Of a stretch of 35,753 nt of DNA, positions 26,801 to 34,495 are shown piece after piece (position 1 is the stretch's first letter; each line of letters opens with the position of its first letter). A model generated the notes under the pieces. That model searched no databases, had not been told where the DNA came from, and was given only the letters and a program-made list of their open reading frames with translations. The stretch comes from a virus (Duplodnaviria > Caudoviricetes). The stretch spans positions 1-35,753 of IMG/VR virus record IMGVR_UViG_3300017909_003568, one strand, 5' to 3'. Both the position numbers and the translations under genes were made by a program.

Positions 26801-27655
26801 CAATTTATCATTAACAGGTAGTTCATAATCACCAAAACCCCAATCATCTGATAACACTCTAAATATAGGTGAAAAATTTTCTTTGTAAACTGATAAAAAT
26901 GCTTGTGTACTTTTTAGATAACCTTGTGTATATAATCTATGCCCTTGACCTAATTCGTATCCCCAATTTTCAGATTGTGAATCCCACATACCAGACACCA
27001 ATTTACTAGGCTTATCTATATGAAATTCACCTACTTTATTAATAAGTTGTCCCATATCATCTAAACCATAAAAACGTGTGATTAAAGGTGATTTATCAAC
27101 AAAACCATAAACCATAGGAAATGGATTGCCTCTATCATTTTCTTTGTATATTAAATCATCAGGAACTAATGTGCTAGGTATTTTAGTGCTAAGCATTTGT
27201 TCTGTAATATCTTCTAAAGTAAGAGATACTGTTTCTTGTGATTGATTATAACGTCTAACAGTTCCAGTATAAACAAGTAAACAATCTTCTATTTTATCTA
27301 TGCCATTTGCACAGTAATAAATTTCACATACTGCATTTAGTAAATTTTGTATATCATCACTAAATACTTTACCTTTATAGTTTACATTAGATATAGATAA
27401 AGATACGTTAGATATAGTGTATTTGTTATTTTCCAGATCAGCTTTACTTTGTATGTTTGGTGTATTTAAAAGTAATGCATCAAAATTAATCCCACTAATA
27501 TTAGTTTCTTTAATAGATAAATTAACAGATTCTGCTTGATCCCATGTATCTCTTTCGTCTAATCTTACATTTTTATAAAACCTAATAATAGGAAATAAAG
27601 ACGTTCTTACACCATTACCTAATGCTTGTTTAAACTTTAATGGTAATTCTATCAT
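23885..27655 (-). CDS. Tail tip/hub protein (1256 aa) with a C-terminal dockerin domain
   Basis: Follows the tape measure; PFPMVYG, NQVNVKY, NLEVGDYI hub motifs; ends in two 22-aa dockerin repeats. Confidence 0.8.
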   Translation of the reverse strand: MIELPLKFKQALGNGVRTSLFPIIRFYKNVRLDERDTWDQAESVNLSIKETNISGINFDALLLNTPNIQSKADLENNKYTISNVSLSISNVNYKGKVFSDDIQNLLNAVCEIYYCANGIDKIEDCLLVYTGTVRRYNQSQETVSLTLEDITEQMLSTKIPSTLVPDDLIYKENDRGNPFPMVYGFVDKSPLITRFYGLDDMGQLINKVGEFHIDKPSKLVSGMWDSQSENWGYELGQGHRLYTQGYLKSTQAFLSVYKENFSPIFRVLSDDWGFGDYELPVNDKLYNFKQSNGNDTSASIVINSDALVALQGLYGLPTRFYRPIEKIECFTYCDNIQGGNLDSINRIYGFTNFVSGESGGFEPYQKEHIFNTDAYDDNWSNGDQTWWQPTLSNENVNGGVFSAVDTQWLQNNRDGFFPTIRIQNGTITDGLYICGRNVDGQRPEYNKSGGAYIRLILKENVGNYDCVTKLIYDAEYHSLSDMSSQQNSRFAYPAKFWTNNFLVVLEQGIQDENALYATDLLNLDPPNIPNSDFEQVNYDNQDSTERSVAVFNGEAISESFNKTTDFNSVQFGIPQYPKKGSTVGNDEGFVAAQLYNAWVLQDAVITDPLNETFYLDVAGRVAQSDYQNVVSDFINVHNVEVTEDDLGEKIYIFTLGTDVSDNASSAQYLQNFIDNNQIQLDVLIQDFTIWDGTYINWQYPYDDGTGLYKIKLFELPGGNSVEYGNYGPIELQFKMVEPNILNPYTQADKIMLDILNEELNYEGEAQLSNTTDNWQYAFTLNEQQEAKEVFENMFKSSTIIPSFNELGQFKFLENKQIIESYDDVVILNNQDIITYSYELTKIDDIYNQVNVKYKKNYASGEYDKETGYPLIDNDGNTYENLDTLSEFMYVGQPENQYNVEYFGLKTNECKLEVETDYIRDDITARKLQKKLVCWYANQHLITKLQLPISYINLEVGDYIKFDQLLGDKLAFGYDYTKPQQRNGQYIYDVFFVTKVSKSLDKVTIEAIQMHRGDYGFPDQDMFADENVVDTIGNDGQGNFDLGDPTDNPNYNQDNVVDEFVDEPELPTFQFSWENGNNLLNPITANVVTNLDQDWDYDIFVTNVYTSSGNPITFPEESNIEPLQNGIYSEENAPSAMNIINHTKSISNMANNYNGKVDLSKKYDFQLDSEDDVIEVTYMIKVYNDSNVQYLTFTQDGVYTDLSSDINQDGIVNVLDVVILLQMILGEQEVSDNADITGDGIVNVLDVVTLVGEILGN
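23888..24046 (-). other. Dockerin domain (duplicated Ca-binding repeats)
   Basis: DINQDGIVNVLDVVILLQMILG-EQEVSDNA-DITGDGIVNVLDVVTLVGEILG. Confidence 0.9.
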
Positions 27656-30048
27656 TAACTCATTCCAAAATCGCTACCTCTTCGGACAGCTTCTTTAATA
27701 GATTCTGCTAGTTCATTTTCAACAAAATCTTGTGTCATTACATTACCTGATACATTTACAACTACATTACCAGAAGTTCCTGATTCATTCATTTGATTTA
27801 ATGTTTCTAATCCAATAGATTCGACTGCATTTCTACTCATTACAAACTCACCACGTTCTGCCTCTATAATAGTTCCACCTTGCGAATGTCTTCTTCCACC
27901 AACTAAACCACCTTGTTCAAATACACCAACATTACCTTGACCTGCAACTTGTGATGCAGTTTTTCTGATTGTAGCAGCTTGTATTAAACCTTGTGCTAAT
28001 GTTGCTGCAGCTAATATGGAAGTTGATATAGGATTAGTTTGCATCATTTTTGAATTTTTTATTCTAAGTGCAGAGCCGAATGCATTAATAATAGCCATAA
28101 GTGCTTCTATATTTGCAGTTTGTTTTGCTGATGCACCAAACAATTCCATTCCAGATTTGATTGCATTTCCTACTTTGTTTGCAGCTTTTAATTTTTGATC
28201 TAAATCGGCATTATCTAGTTTCATTAATTTATCTTTAATAGATAGTTGCTCTTTAAGTAGTTGGTTAGCTCTTTTATCTGCTTGTAATTTTTTCTCATCA
28301 GTATCAAAAGTTGCTTCTTTAAGATTTTTTATTTGTTCATCTACTAATAATTGTTGCTGTAATAAAATAGCTCTTTCACTTAAAGTAGTAAAATCTGCTT
28401 TTAATTTCTTTTGATTTTCATCTATTGCTTTTCCATTTTCATCAAGAGTACCATTTAAAAAGCCCATAGCTTTTTCATAACCTACAGTTGCAGATAATAA
28501 CTGTGCAATGATACCTATTCTGTTTTTAAATTGGTTTGTCAAATGAATATTAGCATCTATGGAATTTTGTGTTTTTTCTACACGTTCTATTAAGTTTTCA
28601 TTGCCTGGATCTTCTTTTAGTTGATCTTGTAATTCTCTTAATTTTTCTTTGTCGTCTGCTACAACATTACCTAACCTTAACATTTCTTGTACTAATAATT
28701 TTGAGCCTTCAACTATTCTATCTGATTCTAGATTTTCTATATTTTCAAAAAATGCTCGGATATTACCACTACTTGAATTTGTTACAGATTGTGTAGTTGC
28801 ACCCATTGTTTGTAATGCTTCTTCAAGCACTTGCATAGGCTGTAAAAAAGTTTGTGATCGTAATGATCCAAAATCATCAGATAATGAAAATACCATTGCA
28901 TTTGTACCATCTTGCATTTTAGTAGTTAAATCACTAAACTTATCTACATTATCATCTAAATTTTCTAATGCTTTTTCTAATGAAATTGCATCTGTTATAG
29001 ATTGTAAGTCTTTTGATGCTACACCTACACTTTTTAAATCTCTAGCTAATTGCTCTAAATCAGACATCATTAAATCACTAATAAAATCACTAATATCTTC
29101 TGCAAAGTTTCCTAATGTAGGAGCAATCGTTGCACCTACTTCAGTAGCAACATTTTCCATTGTTGCACCAAATTTAGCAAATTGATCTGATGTTTTTTTA
29201 GTTGGAGGTCCAAGTTGTGCTACTTTTTTTCTAGCAGCATCTAAGGTAGCATTCATAAATGCTTGTTTTTTGTCTGCATCTGTTAGAGAGCTTACACTTA
29301 CACCTAGCTGATCAGCATATGCTTTGTATGCATCTTCTGATTTTACAATAATACCAATGTTATCAAGCATCAATCTTGATTGACGACCTATACCAGTTAC
29401 TAATGATTCTATTGAACTTGCTGTATCTCTACCTAGTGCATCACCAAGTCTTTTAGCCATATCAAACATATCAGCCATTTCATCTGTGTTTTTAGTAACA
29501 CCAAGTATCATAGCGTTGTTTGCTTGTTGTAAAAGATTAAAATCGGATACTGTACCTTGTGTAGCAGCTCTTATTTTAGCTACACCAGCAGCAGCACTTT
29601 CAGAAGCACCTGTTAAACTATCAAAGGCACGTTCCATATTTTTGACTCTAGATGCTTGTTTGGCAAATTCTATCAACTGAGTTATACCAAGCCCCATCAT
29701 AAAGTTAAATAGTAGTAATTTTGACCTCATAGTAGCAAAAGAACCAGCTAATAGTCTATTGTTTCTTAATAAACCACCTGCAGTTTTATTGGTTTTTCGC
29801 ATTGCCATACGAAGTTTTTCCATAGAAACTTGACTGCCTTTAGCAGCTTTTCTTACTTCTCTATAACTTACACCAAGTTTTTGCCAACTAAAACCCTGTG
29901 CATGAACTTTAGCAGTTAATTTTGCAACAGATTTTGCAGTTTTATTAGATGTTCCGACAATTCTATTAGTTTCGGTTTTTATTTCTCGCAGGGCTGTTAC
30001 TATTTCTTCGTGACCTGTAGCCTTAAAATTAATTAATATTTCAGACAT
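27655..30048 (-). CDS. Tail tape measure protein (797 aa)
   Basis: Helical and Ala-rich; GIGRQSRLMLDNIGI; C-terminal GGLVGG...AERGEFVM; follows the chaperones. Confidence 0.9.
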   Translation of the reverse strand: MSEILINFKATGHEEIVTALREIKTETNRIVGTSNKTAKSVAKLTAKVHAQGFSWQKLGVSYREVRKAAKGSQVSMEKLRMAMRKTNKTAGGLLRNNRLLAGSFATMRSKLLLFNFMMGLGITQLIEFAKQASRVKNMERAFDSLTGASESAAAGVAKIRAATQGTVSDFNLLQQANNAMILGVTKNTDEMADMFDMAKRLGDALGRDTASSIESLVTGIGRQSRLMLDNIGIIVKSEDAYKAYADQLGVSVSSLTDADKKQAFMNATLDAARKKVAQLGPPTKKTSDQFAKFGATMENVATEVGATIAPTLGNFAEDISDFISDLMMSDLEQLARDLKSVGVASKDLQSITDAISLEKALENLDDNVDKFSDLTTKMQDGTNAMVFSLSDDFGSLRSQTFLQPMQVLEEALQTMGATTQSVTNSSSGNIRAFFENIENLESDRIVEGSKLLVQEMLRLGNVVADDKEKLRELQDQLKEDPGNENLIERVEKTQNSIDANIHLTNQFKNRIGIIAQLLSATVGYEKAMGFLNGTLDENGKAIDENQKKLKADFTTLSERAILLQQQLLVDEQIKNLKEATFDTDEKKLQADKRANQLLKEQLSIKDKLMKLDNADLDQKLKAANKVGNAIKSGMELFGASAKQTANIEALMAIINAFGSALRIKNSKMMQTNPISTSILAAATLAQGLIQAATIRKTASQVAGQGNVGVFEQGGLVGGRRHSQGGTIIEAERGEFVMSRNAVESIGLETLNQMNESGTSGNVVVNVSGNVMTQDFVENELAESIKEAVRRGSDFGMS

Positions 30049-30502
30049 CTTTCTTTTCTTTCTCTAATTTATCTTTTAACATTTTGTTTTTCTTTGCTAA
30101 TGCATTTTTAATAATGAAAAACATTTGTACCCATCTACTAGGTTGTTGTCCATATGATCCATCATACGCTGGAACATTGGCTTCTTTACAATAAATATAT
30201 CTATTCATAAGTTTTAGATATTTCTCATCTATTACATGATTGTAGCAAGTAAAAAATGGTATTTGACTTATAATAGACTCTGCTATATCAAAGTTATTTT
30301 TCTTTCTTTGATTTAGACGTTTAGTTTCTTGGGCAATCAAATCAATGACTGCCCATACATCACTTGTATCTTCAAAGGTTTCTCTTACATAACCTTTGTC
30401 AGTTTTTATAGGTAATTGTGCTTCATAAGGAAATTCACAATAAGGACAGCCTCCACAGCTATCAGACAATACTGTCAGTTCTACTTGGAGGCTTTGTCTT
30501 CC
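30041..30502 (-). CDS. Tail assembly chaperone -1 frame extension (gpT-like; predicted 240-aa fusion)
   Basis: The -1 frame is open from the slippery site through the 142-aa ORF, which has only a TTG start and no clear SD. Confidence 0.8.
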   Translation of the reverse strand, partial: GRQSLQVELTVLSDSCGGCPYCEFPYEAQLPIKTDKGYVRETFEDTSDVWAVIDLIAQETKRLNQRKKNNFDIAESIISQIPFFTCYNHVIDEKYLKLMNRYIYCKEANVPAYDGSYGQQPSRWVQMFFIIKNALAKKNKMLKDKLEKEKKDV

Positions 30503-30762
30503 CCCACTAAAAGATACTCCTGCATTTTAAGAAAAATGTCAGTTCTATCCTTTACTGTAAGTGTTTTAAGAAATTCATCAGATGTATCGCCATCTACTCC
30601 AATACGAATCCATTTGGTAATTGTGGTATTCATCATTTTCATACCAGTAGTTTCACCTTTTTCATCGAATTGATACTCTACTGAGTCAAGTAGCTGATCT
30701 CTTTCATCTATAGATACATCTTTTAACTTAATCTTTTTACCAGATTCAAGTTTCATTTCCAT
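30481..30762 (-). CDS. Tail assembly chaperone (gpG-like)
   Basis: AAGGA SD; lies between the tail tube and tape measure genes. Confidence 0.8.
   Translation of the reverse strand: MEMKLESGKKIKLKDVSIDERDQLLDSVEYQFDEKGETTGMKMMNTTITKWIRIGVDGDTSDEFLKTLTVKDRTDIFLKMQEYLLVGEDKASK
30499..30505 (-). promoter_or_regulatory. Programmed -1 ribosomal frameshift slippery site G GGG GAA
   Basis: GTG GGG GAA near the end of the chaperone; a -1 shift reads GGA AGA CAA into the downstream ORF. Confidence 0.8.
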
Positions 30763-30789
30763 AATATTATTCCTTTTATTTATTCATTA

Positions 30790-31875
30790 TTACATAGCAC
30801 CTATTGCTGTATCACTAAACAAAGATACTTTAAATGCTTCTGTTGAGCTATTTTGAACACATTCAAAAGGTATTGTGAAGAATATACCACTTTCACTTAC
30901 ATCTTTTGTAGGATCGCCTGTAAACTGAACTTCAGCAAGTATGTTCATTTCTGAAACAGAACTAACTGTACCATCACCAAATTTAAGTGCTAATGTACAG
31001 GTATTACCATCTAAAAATGATTGTACAACATTTGTTCCTGCACCTAAGTCAATTTCATCATCGTATTTTACAGTAATGTCACCTGTTACTACATACTCAG
31101 GGAAAGCATATGCTTCTGCATCACCATTAGTGTTAGAACCAACTCTGTTAACACCATTTGCTATATTAAATGAAAATGATTTAAGTATTAAGTCCTGATC
31201 AGCAGTACCATCTACTTCTAATTGTTTTGTGCTTAATGAACCCATATTAAAAAATACACCTGCATCAGGCTCTACCCATGTTCCATCAAATGTTTGCTCT
31301 AGAACAGTACCTGTCGAAACAGGATTAGCAAAACCACTAAAGTAATTACCACTTATTGATAAATTACCACCATTAGAATCTAAGTCACCAGTAATAGTCA
31401 TGTCAGACACAACAGCACCTGTAACTTTTATACCTTCAGCAGCTCTTGGATAATAAGCGAAGTTTACAGTATGTGGCATACCACTACTTATTGCACCACC
31501 TAAGAATGCAGGATTATTTGTTCCATCTACTTCTACAGTATATACATCAGAACCATCTGCATTATATGTTTGTGTTGCCATAACTAAATGTTGCAACATA
31601 AGTTCAGGTGTTGCTATAAAATCAAATGGTACAGTTACAGTTCCATTTTTTGCTGTTATAACTGTATCTGCAGCATTTTTTACTAAACCTCTACCTGATA
31701 ATAATCTTGATTCCCTAAAAATGTTAAATGTAGGCTTTTCTGCTTGAACAACTGGTAATTGTCTATAAGCTGTTCCATCATTTCCAGTACTATCTAAGCC
31801 AACGCCAAATGATGTTTCTCCTTTTATACCTACTTTAACATCGCTAATAGGAATTACTTTTGGACTAATAGCCAT
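30790..31875 (-). CDS. Major tail tube protein
   Basis: VGIKGETSFG, SFSFNIANG, VTGDITVKY; precedes the chaperones and TMP. Confidence 0.8.
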   Translation of the reverse strand: MAISPKVIPISDVKVGIKGETSFGVGLDSTGNDGTAYRQLPVVQAEKPTFNIFRESRLLSGRGLVKNAADTVITAKNGTVTVPFDFIATPELMLQHLVMATQTYNADGSDVYTVEVDGTNNPAFLGGAISSGMPHTVNFAYYPRAAEGIKVTGAVVSDMTITGDLDSNGGNLSISGNYFSGFANPVSTGTVLEQTFDGTWVEPDAGVFFNMGSLSTKQLEVDGTADQDLILKSFSFNIANGVNRVGSNTNGDAEAYAFPEYVVTGDITVKYDDEIDLGAGTNVVQSFLDGNTCTLALKFGDGTVSSVSEMNILAEVQFTGDPTKDVSESGIFFTIPFECVQNSSTEAFKVSLFSDTAIGAM

Positions 31876-32066
31876 TATTTAATCTCCTTCTTAGTTTTTG
31901 TTTTGTTTTCTTTTTCTACTAAACCCATAGCTAACATTTTGTCGGCTACGTTTTCAGAAACTTCAACAGATTTCCCATCTCTTAAATCGCTAAATTGTTT
32001 ACTAGAGCAAGGAACATTCATCGCATTGAAATTTCTAATTTTATCAACTTTTGCTTTTATTTTCAT
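31875..32066 (-). CDS. Small virion-associated protein (63 aa)
   Basis: AGGAG SD; VEVSENVADKMLAMGLV with a Lys-rich tail. Confidence 0.6.
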   Translation of the reverse strand: MKIKAKVDKIRNFNAMNVPCSSKQFSDLRDGKSVEVSENVADKMLAMGLVEKENKTKTKKEIK

Positions 32067-32073
32067 GTTACTC

Positions 32074-32511
32074 CTAACCTGTGTTTCCTAAATGTGAACA
32101 TTTCCAAACCCATTGTACCACATATTTTGATTCATCATCATCTGTATTCAATTCTGTGCTTTCAAATCTACAATTAAAAGCGAGGGTAGAATCAGATAAC
32201 GTCATTGTTATGTTATCATGTATCAAGGCTTCAGTTCTTGATACAAATCTTAAAACATGATCTAGTGATGTTTTTTTGACATTAGCCTCTGAAAAAACAT
32301 ATAGAACATTAACAGTAAATTCTCTTGTTTCAGAATGTGCAGTATATTCTAATAACGTACTTCTAATTGGATCTAATCTCATATATTGTGTGCCAACATT
32401 TTGATCTTCTGCACCAATATATATAGGCATAGAACCTTTATATTCATCTCTAAGTATACCTCGTAATTTATCTAAAATATTCTTAAAGTTGTTAGTAAAA
32501 TTTACAGCCAT
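32074..32511 (-). CDS. Probable tail terminator/completion protein
   Basis: 145 aa, alpha/beta pattern, between the adaptor and tail tube. Confidence 0.55.
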   Translation of the reverse strand: MAVNFTNNFKNILDKLRGILRDEYKGSMPIYIGAEDQNVGTQYMRLDPIRSTLLEYTAHSETREFTVNVLYVFSEANVKKTSLDHVLRFVSRTEALIHDNITMTLSDSTLAFNCRFESTELNTDDDESKYVVQWVWKCSHLGNTG

Positions 32512-33722
32512 TAATATCTCCTATAAGATATTGGTCTAGTTCTAGTCATTTTAACTGCTTTACCACTAGAAGCATCAACATCTTCATATGCACCAAATAC
32601 TTCTATTTCCCACTCATCTGGTGTACCACTTGCATTAGCAGTAGAGCTATCATTAGCTCCAGCAAATCTTATTTGTAATCCACCTGCTAGTGGTTGGTAA
32701 TCCCCTGATATAATTTCATCTGTTACTACCTGATCATTTTTAAGTTGATTATCATCTTTAACGTATACTGAATATTTTGCAGTTCCTAGTACGCCACCAG
32801 TTGTTATAATAACTTTAATAAGGTCATATGTACCATAATAATCGCCTCTAGTATCTACAGGTCTTATAGCACCTGAAGTATAAGAAATATCTCTAATTAC
32901 ACCTTGTGCTGAATCTCTAGTTACTTGCCAAGATAATGCAGCCTTACCTTGATTGATGTTTTCTATGTTTTGCATTGCTTCTTCCATAAGAGCATTAGCA
33001 AGTTCACTATTAGGATCATGTGCTTTAATCATAAAGTTAGCAGCAATAAGTGCTGTAGTACGAATTATTATGTAATCGTAGTTACCTTCTTTATCTTTCC
33101 AAGCCTCTTTAGGCATATTAGGGTCTAACATACTATCTAGGTATCTACTAGCATCAGTTCTGTATTGTGTTACTACTGTTGTAAAATCTTCACCTGCTTC
33201 CATTAGTGAATCAGCAGGATTTATGTCTGTGGCGTAAAATAATACTGAATCACAACCACTATTGTATAACCATTGATTTTCTTCTGTCCAAGTTACACCT
33301 ATATAAATATCTGTTCCATCACTATGAGTAGCAGTAGTAGTATCTAAAAATCCTCTTTCAACTGTTATGGTGTTAGAAGATATGTTAGTTATAAGCATTT
33401 TTTCATTATCTATTTTAATAATATCACCATAAGCAAAAACACTACCATCTGTAACATCTATTGCAGTTTCTATTACATCTACTGCTTCATCTGTATTTGC
33501 TGTAGAATCGGTATAATTTTCAGTTTTTATGTATGGTGTAAGGTCTTGTCCATCTTTAAATAATGTTGTTACTAAACCTGTGTTATCAGCTTCATATAAC
33601 TCATTACTAGCGTGTGTAAATAATTGATTCCACCCATATATAGGTTTTTTACCATCAAAACTATCAAGTTGTGGAAATACTCTTTTTAATTCCTTGTGTG
33701 TACAATATATTGGTGCTGCCAT
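32511..33722 (-). CDS. Enlarged head-tail adaptor-like protein (403 aa)
   Basis: N-terminal YCTHKELK; helical ASRYLDSML...IIRTTALIAA; inserted beta domains. Confidence 0.55.
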   Translation of the reverse strand: MAAPIYCTHKELKRVFPQLDSFDGKKPIYGWNQLFTHASNELYEADNTGLVTTLFKDGQDLTPYIKTENYTDSTANTDEAVDVIETAIDVTDGSVFAYGDIIKIDNEKMLITNISSNTITVERGFLDTTTATHSDGTDIYIGVTWTEENQWLYNSGCDSVLFYATDINPADSLMEAGEDFTTVVTQYRTDASRYLDSMLDPNMPKEAWKDKEGNYDYIIIRTTALIAANFMIKAHDPNSELANALMEEAMQNIENINQGKAALSWQVTRDSAQGVIRDISYTSGAIRPVDTRGDYYGTYDLIKVIITTGGVLGTAKYSVYVKDDNQLKNDQVVTDEIISGDYQPLAGGLQIRFAGANDSSTANASGTPDEWEIEVFGAYEDVDASSGKAVKMTRTRPISYRRY

Positions 33723-33967
33723 TATTTACCTCTCATCTTTCTTCTAACAGACTTTGAATAACTTGCTCTTTGTTTACCTGATCTGGTAGCTTTACGTTTT
33801 TTTCTATTTTCATAAGCTCTTTGTGAAGGGGTAAGGCTATCTCTCACAGATTTAGGTAAATATCTACCTCTTTTAGATTTTGGTTTCTTTTTATCTTTTT
33901 TAGATATGTAATCCCACTTTTGTGCTGTCCATTTTTTTAAGGACCTCTGTGATTTCTTTAAAGCCAC
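33722..33967 (-). CDS. Highly basic protein (DUF5872-like, C-terminal half type)
   Basis: QRSLKKWTAQKW...GRYLPK; very K/R-rich. Confidence 0.7.
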   Translation of the reverse strand: MALKKSQRSLKKWTAQKWDYISKKDKKKPKSKRGRYLPKSVRDSLTPSQRAYENRKKRKATRSGKQRASYSKSVRRKMRGK

Positions 33968-34155
33968 TATCTATACCCTCCACCTTTAGCTTTGTATTGT
34001 CTAGCTAACATTTGGGCTTTACGAGCCGACCATTGTCCAGCTCTACCACCTTTGCTACCTGCTTTTATTCTATAAAACAATCTTTTTCTAAGTGCAGGTT
34101 TTGTATAATTACCTGCCTCATTAACTCTACTTTTTCTTCTTTTTTTTCTCGCCAT
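33967..34155 (-). CDS. Highly basic 62-aa protein (DUF5872-like, N-terminal half type)
   Basis: NYTKPALRKRL...GGRAGQWSARKAQMLARQYKAKGGGY; ATG 34155. Confidence 0.7.
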   Translation of the reverse strand: MARKKRRKSRVNEAGNYTKPALRKRLFYRIKAGSKGGRAGQWSARKAQMLARQYKAKGGGYR

Positions 34156-34159
34156 GATC

Positions 34160-34417
34160 TTACCACATTCTACAAGACCAATATCTTGCTTTTGTTTTAG
34201 GTCCAGGCGTAGCACATCTATGTCTTGCTCTAAACGATTTACGTCTAGCAGGACTAGATTTTTTTATTTTCATATTAGGATCACCAAATGTTACTCTTTT
34301 TATTCTACTTCCATCTTTAACAAAGACTTGGAACTTTTTTCTACCATAACTTGTTTGACCTTTTCTAATACGACTTGGCTTATTTAATCTAACTGATCTA
34401 CCTCTATATTTAGCCAT
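34160..34417 (-). CDS. Highly basic 85-aa protein
   Basis: KKFQVFV...VTFGDPNM...RRKSFRARHRC...ARYWSCRMW. Confidence 0.75.
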   Translation of the reverse strand: MAKYRGRSVRLNKPSRIRKGQTSYGRKKFQVFVKDGSRIKRVTFGDPNMKIKKSSPARRKSFRARHRCATPGPKTKARYWSCRMW

Positions 34418-34418
34418 T

Positions 34419-34487
34419 TCATTTTTTCTTTCTACGTTTAGTCTTTTTAGTCTTTTTCTTTTTGTTTTTATACATATAACTCGGCAT
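34419..34487 (-). CDS. 22-aa protamine-like peptide; not in the ORF track
   Basis: AGGAGG SD at 34492-34497; MPSYMYKNKKKKTKKTKRRKKK. Confidence 0.6.
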   Translation of the reverse strand: MPSYMYKNKKKKTKKTKRRKKK

Positions 34488-34495
34488 ATTTCCTC

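Noticed and set aside
28016-29680. Plus-strand ORFs opposite the tape measure, and similar antisense ORFs elsewhere in the track
   Set aside because: Shadow frames of well-supported genes, with no SD or recognisable motifs
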